A stretch of DNA of 62,186 bases, the filler included. It is 9 parts of 9 records of this genome, joined end to end, with 100 filler letters (N's around TTAATTAATTAA, not from the genome) between each part and the next. Parts side by side here need not be neighbours in the genome. Positions count along the whole stretch, not along the records: positions 20,220 to 25,586 come from SRR31147125_46150; positions 25,687 to 38,022 come from SRR31147125_46164; 7 more parts are not named here. The stretch is one strand, 5' to 3'. Every line of letters starts with the position of its first letter. The stretch's first letter is position 1. Shown in pieces: positions 20,288 through 30,153 of this stretch. The notes beneath the pieces are model-generated. The model was not told the DNA's origin and searched no databases. It saw nothing but the letters and a program-made list of their open reading frames with translations. The position numbers and the translations under genes were made by a program.

Positions 20288-23200
20288 ATATGCCAGTCAG
20301 GCACGGAAGATTGAGAATCGTCCTCGGATCAATGAAGATCCAAAGGTTGTTCCATCCATGGTACACCTACTACTGTCTCTCACTCTTCTCCTGTTCAGGA
20401 TGCCATGTTACGAGAACTCCACGCAGAGATCGCCCGCTTGAAATCTCAGCTTGAAACCCAGGAGGGTCCTTCTGTTCTTCCCCCCAATGATTTTCTTGCT
20501 GAACGAGAGCGATTACAAGAGGTGGGAGACACTCCTGCTGGAGAGGAGTATCCATTCACTTTGGTGTGTAGGAAAGGGACCGTATGGAGACGGAATTGGA
20601 GCTTCATCGTCAACAACTTGAGAGGGAGCGAGAGGAACGTGAAGGGACGACACGCAAGCTGCGGGTATGTCTTTATTGGGGAACGTGTGATGAATTCATG
20701 GGATCTCTGTCAGATGTTAGAGGAACAGTTGATTTCAGGAGATGAACCCGCCAAGCCCAAATCGACCCCGGCATCCTCACGTGATAAGTCTTCTCTGTCG
20801 AAACAACTGGAAATGAAGAAGAAGGAAATGGATAAGGTATGTATGTGTGCAACAGGCTTTTTTTTTTGCCTCACAGCATGGAACAGCTCTCGCGCAAGTG
20901 TATTGCAATTCAAGATGAGGCTGCTGCGGCTCATGAGGAGTTTTTGCGTGAACAAGAGAAACTGTTGAGCCATATTGGGGACTTGAAGCGCCAGTTAAGT
21001 GTCAATAGCTTCGTGATGGGGGCGGGTGAGGGGGAAGTCGCCAAGAATGAAATGGAAGCCGAGGAGTATCAGCGAAAAGTGTGTCCAAGCACCCTTCCCG
21101 TCACGATCATCTAACGCTCCACGGCCAGCTCAAAGTCAAGGTTCTGGTGGCGGAGAGTGTGTTGAGTGCAGAAGACTTGCGAAAGCTTGAGGATCGTGCC
21201 AAATGGTTCCAAGATCAAGGAGACGAAGCCGACTCCCAACTAAAGGAGTACGCTTGTGTGAATCGTGCCGACTGGACTCGCGCCTAACAGGGACCAAGGT
21301 ATATGCGCGCGAGTGTACAAAACGGAGAGTTGGCAGCTGCATTCCGTGGGGAAGTTGCTGCTGCACCCATGAACCAACGTTCAACCCGACTGTACGTGTC
21401 TTGTTCCCGCTTGACGCGACTGGTGTAATGGAGCAACAGGGATCTGAGGATGGCACGCTATCCCCTTGCACTCGATCTTGGGCGTAAGAGGTGCGTGCGT
21501 ACACGAACAAGCGGCAAGCATGACACCTGTGTTCCTTCAGCCTCAACGACCTCTCCTCCATGGACTGCTTCGATCCCACAGCTCTCAAGATCCTTGATAT
21601 CAGGTGGGTGGGGTAGGGGTGCTGCTGTGGTGAGAGGTTCATTCTTCATCTAGTGAAAACAATCTTCGTGGTATTTTGAAGATGGAGGCGTTTGTGAACC
21701 TGAAACGTCTTCGTGCTTCGTACAACAATATCCAAACCCTTGTACTCTCTGCACCTCATTTAGTCACCCTCCATGTTTCCCACAACAAGGTGCGTATGTG
21801 TGTACAACCCCTCCCCCCTCATGCGCCATGGCTTCTTAGCTTGGATCCTTTCCGCGTGTGAGCGTATTCCCTTCACTAGAAGTCCTCGACTTGTCTCATA
21901 ACGAGATGAAAGGATCGATTCGCGACATTTTCACCTGTGTCTGTATGCTTTCCTTTGATATCTCTTACAATCAATTCTCCTGGGATGAGAAGGAGTTTGA
22001 AAAGGTGTGAACTAGGGCGAGAGCGACCCCACGTCTCATACATCAACAGGAGATCTTGGAGATGGTGCTCCACTTGAAAAGATTGGAGAACATATCCATT
22101 CACAACAACCCCTTCTGTACCCGGGTCAAGGACTACCGCATACAAATCATGTCCAGTGCCTACAAACTCCAGGTATGTGTATTGCCCGTTGTTCCTTGTA
22201 TACCGAGCATTCCGTTCCGTCCGTGGCGGGCAACAGAGGCTTGACGGGAAGCCTTTCGGAGCTCAAGACTTCAGCCACATGTTGAGTTTGGACAATCCGT
22301 ACGCGTAGTGGAGCGGTGCATTGCACGCATGACACAATCCTCAACAGGTCTGGCATGCTCAATCCCGACACACTGCATCGTATGCGGGAAACGATGCACG
22401 AAGGGTATGAACACGAGAGGAAGTTAGCAGAGGAGGCGGAAGCAGAGGTACGAGACGCTTGTCTCGTGTTCCTTGCGGAATTGAGGCCCCCCCCCCCCCC
22501 CCTCAGCGCCAACGGGAACTGAGAGAGCAAGAGGAAGAAGAACAGAGGCGAAATCAGAGACGGAATCAGCTCAGGCTGGAACAAGGAGTCGATCTCGGTC
22601 CCACGACGGAACGTCTAAGCACTGGCTACCGGATGGAGGGAGGCCCTGAGGTAGGCAAGCAGGCAGGCAGACAGGCAGGCAGGCAGGTTCAGAATGAACC
22701 GAACCGAACCGTTGTCCAGAAAATCACGGAATTGACAGAGGAATACATCAATGCACTGGCTGGTCTGGCGAATAAGGATCTGTCGAGGGCGAGATATCCC
22801 CTCTACATGGACCTCAGCGATGAAAGGTATAGGGGAAAGCGCGTGCGGGGTGCAAGGGATGACTCGTTCTCAGGTTTGAACTCACAACTCTGTCCGGACT
22901 CAAGCACATTAACGGACCCGCCTTAAAGGAATTGGACGTCAGGTACGTGCCGAACTGTGATTCCGGTGGGAGTGGTTCTCATATCAATCCCAGCGAGAAC
23001 AAATTGCGTTCCTTGGGGGGACTGGAGCGCTTTTCCAACCTCAAGCGCCTTCGAGCCGCCTACAACATTCTTGAAAGCGTTGTGATGATCCAGGCGAAAC
23101 TTGTTTTCCTAGACCTGTCTCACAATCATGTTCGTTTCCTGTGTGCTTGCTCGCTCGCTCGCTCATCCCGTGCGGGACAGTTGACAAAGATACCATCCCT

Positions 23201-24953
23201 GGTGAATCTTCCGTGTTTGCACGTCCTGGATCTTTCGTACAACAATATTCGTGACTCTCTGAGGGGAGTTGTGTGTTCTTTACGGCTTGGCTATATCGAT
23301 TTGTCCTTCAATGACCTTCTGTTCACGGAGCAAGAGTTTGACAAGGTTCTCATCCTCGCTTTCCTTCTTGTTTTTTCACACACATTGTGCTTTAGGAACG
23401 TCAACCCTTCAAGGAATTGAAGAAGTTGCAGAGTCTTCACTTGTTCAACAATCCGTTTTGCTTTGCCGTGCCCAACTATCGCATGATGGTCCTTGCTGTT
23501 GCGCAGCAACTCACCGTACGCCTCCATTGTAGCCCTCCCTCCCCCTCCCCACACACCTTCCTTCTAGGAGCTGGATGATAGTGCTGTTACCAAGGATGAG
23601 AAACGCCGCGCCCTCGAGGGTGCACGTGGGACTGGCGAATCCGCTATGCGGCTTCAAGCATGGCGCTTCTCCGTTCGACAGAAGCGAAGTGAAAGGTACG
23701 TTCCGTTGGTGGTACGAACGAATCAACATGTGTGTGCCCCAGCAAAACAACTCTGGACAATGTCTATTTCCTGGAGGAGGTGGACGGAACACCCCCTGCA
23801 TCGAGTGTTGAGGCTGTCCCCGCTAAGGAGGTGAAGACTGCTCGGCCACCTACGGCAGAACCGAAACGGTTTGAGATTGGAACGCCACGTAAGTCTCCCA
23901 AGTCTCCCAAGGTGGGAGGAGATGCCGCCCTAGCGAAACTTGGTCAGGGGAAGGTGTGTTGTGAGGGCGGGCGGGCTGGGGGATGGTGTCATTGAGTGAG
24001 TGTTTCCAGGTGATATCCCTCTTGACCAATGACGTCTTCAATGAACTGAATCAAGCGTACGGCAAGGACTTGGCAACTGCCAAATATCCCCTTTCGCTTG
24101 ACTGGGAGAGCCCGCAGTACGTGTTTTGATGATGGGAATGGGGTGTACTCATCATCACTGATCATGCAGATTCAAACTTGTGTCGCTTGTTGGGATCAAC
24201 TACATTAACGCCGCGGCATTGAGAGATCTCAATATCAGGTCAGACACGGCCACCCCCACGGCCACCCCCACTGAATCTCGAATCTAGTGAGAACAAGTTA
24301 GCAAGTCTTGAAGGGTTAGAACGGTTTCAGTCTCTCAAGCGACTGAGTGCTGCCAACAATCAGATCAAGATGTTTAATGCTCGGCTGGGAAAGCTCCAGC
24401 ACCTGGACTTGAGCAACAACCAGGTAGGCCTCGTCTGGGGTTGTTTTTTGATGTTGTTTTTTGATGGTGGTACATTTTGAACAGTTAACACACATGCCGA
24501 ATCTGTCGGAATCCCCCAATTTGGAGGAATTGATTCTGCGCAGAAACGTGATCCGCGGATCGTTGTCGTACCTTACCCCGTGCCGCAAGCTTAGCTTCCT
24601 AGATTTGTCAAACAACAAGTTTGATTGGGTGGGAGCAGAAGTGGATGCGGTGCGTGTCCACTACTCGTGTGTGGGGGTGGGTGGGGGATTGATGGGTGTG
24701 TGTGCAGGAGTTTGTCTATTTGAAAGCACTCAAGAATCTTCGAGTGTTGGATCTCTCGGGCAACCCATTCGCCGAGGCCGTTCCTGGATACAAGAGTATG
24801 ATTATTTCAGTGGTCCCCAAGCTTGAGGTTTGTTTGAGTGAGATTGGGGCTGTGCTGATGTCTCCCAAGGACCTCGACGGGGAACAGACTCCCAACACAC
24901 CCAAGAAGCGTGGCTCCATTCGACTCTTTCTAACGGGCGGACGAAGGAAATAA
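20288..24953 (+). CDS. Intron-rich eukaryotic gene (5'-truncated): kinesin-2-like motor end/neck/stalk followed by three LRR+LRRcap modules
   Basis: Manual splicing at GT-AG introns (e.g. 20346-20398, 20522-20571, 20665-20713, 21079-21128, 21392-21439, 22827-22873) gives [49 protein letters not shown] and LKVKVLVAESVLSAEDLRKLEDRAKW, then LxxLxLSxN repeats; stop TAA at 24951-24953. Junctions near 20837-20876 and 21248-21336 are ambiguous. Confidence 0.75.
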
Positions 24954-24963
24954 GGGACAATGT

Positions 24964-25545
24964 CTATTGCACTATCGTACAGAATCTTGGGTCGTCCATT
25001 ACTCCGTTGCGGATTGTAGTGAGGTTCCCCGTCGGCTTGGGCTTTGTCGGCGAGGGATCTTGGGGGACATGAGCGTTGTTCGTTGTGTACGACGAAAGGA
25101 TGGAGAGGGAGGGTGTCGGGGCTGCCGCTTGCCCATTCCTCGTCCTTCGTAGCGCCCAGTTTGGGTTTTCCCGTTGTGCCCGTTGTGCCCGTGGTGCCAC
25201 CCAGCAGCTGCCGCGCTGCTTGCGACAGGCGTCGCCTCAGTGCCTCTTGGTTCTTGCAGATCTCTTGATAGGTCTGAATGATCCGTTCCTTCTCCTCCTG
25301 TGCAAATTCCTCGTCGTTAAGGTGCTCATCAATATGTCTGGGATGAAAGGGTGGGGTGGGTCTCCGTGTCCGGAAGGAGGGCGCGGCACATACATCTTAA
25401 CCGTCAGTAAGCACAAAAAGTATTTCGCAATGGTTTTGGGTGGTTCTGGATGATAATCCGTGGCATAGTTGTTACGTTCCCAAATATCCTCTTCTAGAAT
25501 TTGGGCGGATGGGTTGTACAGCCTGCAACGGAGGTCAATGCCCTT
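24964..25545 (-). CDS. 3' exons of a second, convergent eukaryotic gene of unknown function (end uncertain)
   Basis: CAG acceptor before 25545, exon KGIDLRCRLYNPSAQILEEDIWERNNY..., GT-AG intron 25393-25338, exon HIDEHLNDEEFAQEEKERIIQTYQEICKNQEALRRRL. Confidence 0.55.
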
Positions 25546-25563
25546 CTGAGGTTTATCCCGTGC

Positions 25564-25586
25564 GTGTGTGTGTGTGTGTGTGTGTG
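25564..25586. repeat. (GT)n microsatellite at contig end
   Basis: Seen directly; explains the assembly break. Confidence 0.95.
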
Positions 25587-25686
25587 NNNNNNNNNNNNNN
25601 NNNNNNNNNNNNNNNNNNNNNNNNNNNNNNTTAATTAATTAANNNNNNNNNNNNNNNNNNNNNNNNNNNNNNNNNNNNNNNNNNNN

Positions 25687-26193
25687 AAAAAGAGAAATGA
25701 ATCTTTTGGTGAAATGCTTGTTATCTTTGGGTTGATTATCGCTCTTATTCTTCTTATGCTGGTAATTCAGTTCAATTCTATTGTCAAAGCAATTATCATC
25801 CTTGCAAGTGTGCCGCTTGCTATCGTTGGTGCGATTATTGGCTTGCTCGTAAGTGGTAACAGCTTTGCTTTCATGCCGTTTTTGGGAGTGATTTCCCTTG
25901 CTGGTATGGTAATAAAAAACGCTGTTGTGTGGGTTGAGTTTGTTCAAAAACAAGTAAATAATGGTAAGAGATTAAGCGAAGCAATAATTGATGCTGGAAG
26001 AAAGCGTTTTAGAGCGATTATGCTGACAGCAGCAACAACTATCGGAGGATTGGTTCCGCTTGCTTTGTTTGGTGGAGCTTTGTGGGAAGGAATGGCCTTT
26101 GCAATGATCTTTGGATTGGCTCTTGCAACAATTCTCACTTTGGTAGTTGTTCCAACAATTTACTATACGGTTCTAAAACGAACGGAAAATTAA
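25687..26193 (+). CDS. RND efflux permease (AcrB family), C-terminal fragment
   Basis: LVIQFNS, GMVIKNAVV, RFRAIMLTAATTIGGLVPL, GLALATILTLVVVP. Confidence 0.92.
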   Translation, partial: KKRNESFGEMLVIFGLIIALILLMLVIQFNSIVKAIIILASVPLAIVGAIIGLLVSGNSFAFMPFLGVISLAGMVIKNAVVWVEFVQKQVNNGKRLSEAIIDAGRKRFRAIMLTAATTIGGLVPLALFGGALWEGMAFAMIFGLALATILTLVVVPTIYYTVLKRTEN

Positions 26194-26210
26194 TATCGAA
26201 AAGAGGCGGT

Positions 26211-26912
26211 ATGCGAAAAATTACCCTTTTTGTCAGTTGTTTGGTTTTGGTGGTTGGTTTTTTGTTTACTTCTGTCGTTAGTGCAGAAGAAAAGCCGAAA
26301 TTCCTCAACAAAAATCAGAAGTTCAAGGCAATTTCTGTTTCGGATGCCGCAAAAAAGGCAAAATCGAAGCTTGGTAAGCCTCCGAAACTTTCCAAAAAGG
26401 AAATGAAGAAGCTGCAAAAAGGCGAAATTCTTGTTAGAGAAATAAAAGGCAAACAAGACAAGACCACAGGAGATGCAAAAAGATTCGAGGCTATTGGAAT
26501 CGTTGCAGCTCCGCCAAAGTCGATTATGTCTCTGATGAAAGATTTTGATAATCAGGTTGGAGTAATGCCTCATTTGGAAAAAGTGACATCCAAATGGGAA
26601 GGAGCTTTGGCTCATATTGAACATACTTTGAAAATTGCGTTTTCCAAGTTCAATTATAAATTAAGCATACTTCACTATGGCAACAGTTTTATCGAGTGGG
26701 AGTATGTTGAAGGCGATATTAAGGAAACAAGTGGATATTACAAGTTTTTCCCTTTGAGCAAAGGAAAAAGAACGCTGGTCGTATATCATGTTTTCACTGA
26801 TCCTGGTATTCCGGTTCCAAGTTTCATTCTTGATTTGCTAACCAAAAATTCAATGCCTGATGTAATTGAAACGGCCAGAAAAGTGACCGTAGATCAGAAA
26901 AAGTATCGATAG
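26211..26912 (+). CDS. Secreted START/SRPBCC-domain protein
   Basis: ATG at 26211 after GAGG, signal peptide, IVAAPP...MPHL, WEYVEGDIKETSGYY, DPGIPVPSFI. Confidence 0.7.
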   Translation: MRKITLFVSCLVLVVGFLFTSVVSAEEKPKFLNKNQKFKAISVSDAAKKAKSKLGKPPKLSKKEMKKLQKGEILVREIKGKQDKTTGDAKRFEAIGIVAAPPKSIMSLMKDFDNQVGVMPHLEKVTSKWEGALAHIEHTLKIAFSKFNYKLSILHYGNSFIEWEYVEGDIKETSGYYKFFPLSKGKRTLVVYHVFTDPGIPVPSFILDLLTKNSMPDVIETARKVTVDQKKYR

Positions 26913-27120
26913 CTGCTATCAAAAAACACCTAGGGTTCAGTTTGCTTGAAAATTGGACTTATTATTGCGTAATCTTTGAGGAAACAGTGTTCTGTCCTTG
27001 ACTTTAAAGTAAACGTGAATTAGTGTTTTCGATGCACTATGTCTGGGTACTGACAACGTTGTAAAAAAACAAAAAAATCACAAGTATTCGATTGCTGTTA
27101 TAAATGATTTCAGGAGGTAT

Positions 27121-29982
27121 TTGATGAAAAGTGTTAAGTTATTAGCCATTCTATTATTGATTAGTTTTGTATTGTGCGGTTATGCTTTTGCAGCAACTGA
27201 TTTATCTGATTTTGCCGCGAAGCATCCACAAGCGAAGATGGTTCTCGATGACAATAACAAGCTTAAAATGCTGTTGGATTTTAAAGCTCCTACACCATTG
27301 AAGTTTAACTACAAAGAAAAAGCATACTATTTTCTCAATGAAAACAAGCAGTTATTAAATATTAGTACTCCCCGCAAAGAGTTGATGATAAAGAGTGCTA
27401 CCCCTTTGCGTCATTCGTCTGTTGTTAGAATGAAACAAACATGGAACGGATTGCATGTTTGGAAAGGTGGAGTTAGCATTGCTTTCGATCTTGATGGAAA
27501 CGCTGTAAGAGTTCATAATAATTTCAAAGAAATTCCTGCTATGAACCCAAATCCTACAATAACACCTTATGAAGCAATCGTTGAAGCTTGGGCTTCTGTA
27601 TATGGAACAGAAACAAGCCGTCTTTCTCCCAAAGAATTGGATAAAGAATACGCAAAATTGTTGGTATGGACAGGTGGAGAAGTTGCTAAACTCGCATACG
27701 TCGTCAAAATGCCAATTCCGATTCCAATTGAAAATAAAGTCGCCTTTATTGATGCTCATTCCGGCCGCTTTATTTCTTCACTCGATTTGGTCAAATATGC
27801 TTATGAAGCAAATGTGTATGAATACAATCCCGGTGCCGATTCCACTACTCCTGCTGCTACCGTAGTTCGCGAACTTGTCAATCTAACCGAACCTGCCACC
27901 CCTAAAGATACAGACGAGATCGTCCTCGATAGCGAGTTGCATCAGGTTTACAATTGTCCTGGCAAGCAAATGTACAAGATTCCTATTCCAGGTTACAACA
28001 TGGAAATAGCAATGTGTACAGAAGAACATGTGGCCAAAACGGCATATAAGGATCAAGATTTTAAATACGATCCGGTTTTATTGCCGTTTACTGATCTTAC
28101 TGCACAATCTGATGCTTTTGCTGAAGTTCATATGTATTACCATGTAGAAAAAATATACAGCTTCCTGCAAGATTTATCTGCTTATATCGTGCAGGAAAGA
28201 CCCGGATTTGATGGAGCAAATAATGGTTTTGATTTTCTGACCAAGAAACCCTTGAAATGCTTAGTTAATTTCAAAGTTCCTGCCGCTATATATGGTGGTT
28301 CGGAGAAAGAACTTGCACAATGGGACAACGCATTTTTTACACCTCAAGGTGGTATTGCCGGTATGTGGCCTGATACGGATGCAATCGTTTTCGGTCAAGG
28401 CGAAAAAGTTGATTTTGCCTATGATGCAGATGTCATTTATCACGAATTTGTTCACGCAATGATCGGCAGCACTATTGAATTGCTAAATTACAGCTATGAC
28501 AAGTTTGGTACCAATAGTGATCCCGGTGCTATTAACGAAGGTTTTGCTGATTATTTTTCAGCAACTTATATTGGCGAACCCAAGATGGCAGAATATGCAG
28601 GCAGTGCTTTTGAGCAACAGAATGCTCTAAGAGACTTGACAAACACCAAAAAATGCCCTGATGACGCACATGGTGAAGTTCATGATGATTCAGAGTATTG
28701 GTCAGCAGCTCTTTGGGAGATTAGAGAAGAATATAAAGTAAGCGATACAGACCATAAAGACGTAGATGCAGCAATCTATGAAGCATTGCTCGAAATGTCA
28801 AGTGATATCAATTACACACAAGCTGCAACTTTGATGGCAGAGAAAATTGGTGAATGGTTTGATACTGATAGAGATGATACCGCCAAAAACTTCGCTTTGG
28901 CTGTTTTCAATAAAAAAGGCGTGATCGATTGTAATCGTGTAAAAGATCTCGGTTTGGACACTTCTTTCAAGGGGGCAATCACTCTGCCAAGCAATAGTGA
29001 CAGTGATTTCAATTTTACTCCTCACGCACCCGGTCCTTTGCAGTTTAAAGTGACTCTGGATTCTGTAACAGATTACGTTATGGCAGAATTTTATACATCT
29101 AGCGGTGGTGGTGGAATGTTCGGTATGGGTGGAAGTGATCCTGAAGTTACATTCATGATTAAAAAAGATGCTCCTATCGAATTTACTTACACAAAAGATC
29201 AGGGATATACAAAAGTAGAAACCACTGTGGATGGCGAGAGTGCAATCGCTCAGAAGATGCAAGGCGGTGTTGGTGTGCCAAATGCACAGGCATGGGGAAC
29301 TGCTATTGCCAAATCTGAGAGAGGTCAATTTGAGGCTGGTGATTATTACATTATTCCAGTTAATAAAGCTCAAACCAGAAGCAACCCATCTCTGCAATTG
29401 TTGAAATTCACTGCTAAAACCGGTGATCTTCCTTGTTTCAAGGATGCCGATTGTGGTGATATGTGTCAGGTTTGTAAGAATATGGCATGCGAAGTTATTC
29501 CTGCTGAGTGTGAAAAAGACGAAGATTGCCAGGACGGAAAAGTCTGTATCCCTGGTGATTGTGGCGGTTTGTGTAAACGCCAAGCTGTTGAAATCGATGG
29601 TGACGAAGAAACAGCAGAGCAGGCAGAGCCGGAACTGGAAGCTACAGAGCCTGAAAAAGCCGGTTGTGTAACAAGTGGTGACTGTGCCGAATGTCAGGAA
29701 TGTATTGGCGATATGTGCATGGATGTAGCTCCGGAATGCGGAATTGACAAAACATGTCCGGATGGCAAAGTTTGCGATACAACCAAATGTAATGGAACAT
29801 GCATTGCCGATCCTAATGGATCAATTGATGGAGATACTGAATCTGAAGGTGGAAATGGTGTGGATATGGATGGATCCAGCAGTGGATGTAACCAGAGTAA
29901 TGGAATGCCACTATCCATCATGCTGATGTTCTCTATTATCGGTATTTTGGTATATCGAAGAAGACAGACGGAAACCCTATAA
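27121..29982 (+). CDS. Secreted thermolysin/fungalysin-like (M4/M36) Zn metalloprotease with Cys-rich tail and C-terminal sorting signal
   Basis: Signal peptide, FTP/PepSY-like propeptide (QTWNGLHV, FIDAHSG), WDNAFF, HEFVH, GAINEGFADYF, GEVHDDS; ends SSSGCNQS + TM + RRR. AGGAGG RBS. Confidence 0.85.
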   Translation: MMKSVKLLAILLLISFVLCGYAFAATDLSDFAAKHPQAKMVLDDNNKLKMLLDFKAPTPLKFNYKEKAYYFLNENKQLLNISTPRKELMIKSATPLRHSSVVRMKQTWNGLHVWKGGVSIAFDLDGNAVRVHNNFKEIPAMNPNPTITPYEAIVEAWASVYGTETSRLSPKELDKEYAKLLVWTGGEVAKLAYVVKMPIPIPIENKVAFIDAHSGRFISSLDLVKYAYEANVYEYNPGADSTTPAATVVRELVNLTEPATPKDTDEIVLDSELHQVYNCPGKQMYKIPIPGYNMEIAMCTEEHVAKTAYKDQDFKYDPVLLPFTDLTAQSDAFAEVHMYYHVEKIYSFLQDLSAYIVQERPGFDGANNGFDFLTKKPLKCLVNFKVPAAIYGGSEKELAQWDNAFFTPQGGIAGMWPDTDAIVFGQGEKVDFAYDADVIYHEFVHAMIGSTIELLNYSYDKFGTNSDPGAINEGFADYFSATYIGEPKMAEYAGSAFEQQNALRDLTNTKKCPDDAHGEVHDDSEYWSAALWEIREEYKVSDTDHKDVDAAIYEALLEMSSDINYTQAATLMAEKIGEWFDTDRDDTAKNFALAVFNKKGVIDCNRVKDLGLDTSFKGAITLPSNSDSDFNFTPHAPGPLQFKVTLDSVTDYVMAEFYTSSGGGGMFGMGGSDPEVTFMIKKDAPIEFTYTKDQGYTKVETTVDGESAIAQKMQGGVGVPNAQAWGTAIAKSERGQFEAGDYYIIPVNKAQTRSNPSLQLLKFTAKTGDLPCFKDADCGDMCQVCKNMACEVIPAECEKDEDCQDGKVCIPGDCGGLCKRQAVEIDGDEETAEQAEPELEATEPEKAGCVTSGDCAECQECIGDMCMDVAPECGIDKTCPDGKVCDTTKCNGTCIADPNGSIDGDTESEGGNGVDMDGSSSGCNQSNGMPLSIMLMFSIIGILVYRRRQTETL

Positions 29983-30153
29983 ACATATCGGAATTATAGG
30001 TAAAAATAACTGCGTTTTTCTCAGTCTGTTCTTGACGCAACGAGCCAAAACGTGGTAGTAAATTTTTGGATAGTTAATCTTATGACGCAATGCGATAGGA
30101 CTATTTCTGTCGTTATTCGTCATGTTTCAATAACCTAATTACAGGAGTCTGAA

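Noticed and set aside
20220-25586. Terminal (TG)n tracts as telomeres, transposon ends or CRISPR repeats
   Set aside because: Both lie next to splice acceptors, consistent with intronic microsatellites that broke the assembly; no spacers or transposase.
20221-25634. The many short ORF-track entries in contig 4 as separate bacterial genes
   Set aside because: They are exon fragments read through introns or microsatellite translations (CVCV, HTHT).
26082-26210. Longer start for the START-domain ORF
   Set aside because: Overlaps the RND gene; ATG 26211 has an RBS and begins a signal peptide.
28798-29583. 261-aa minus-strand ORF inside the protease gene
   Set aside because: Antisense shadow with Thr/Ile/Phe bias typical of reverse-strand reading.
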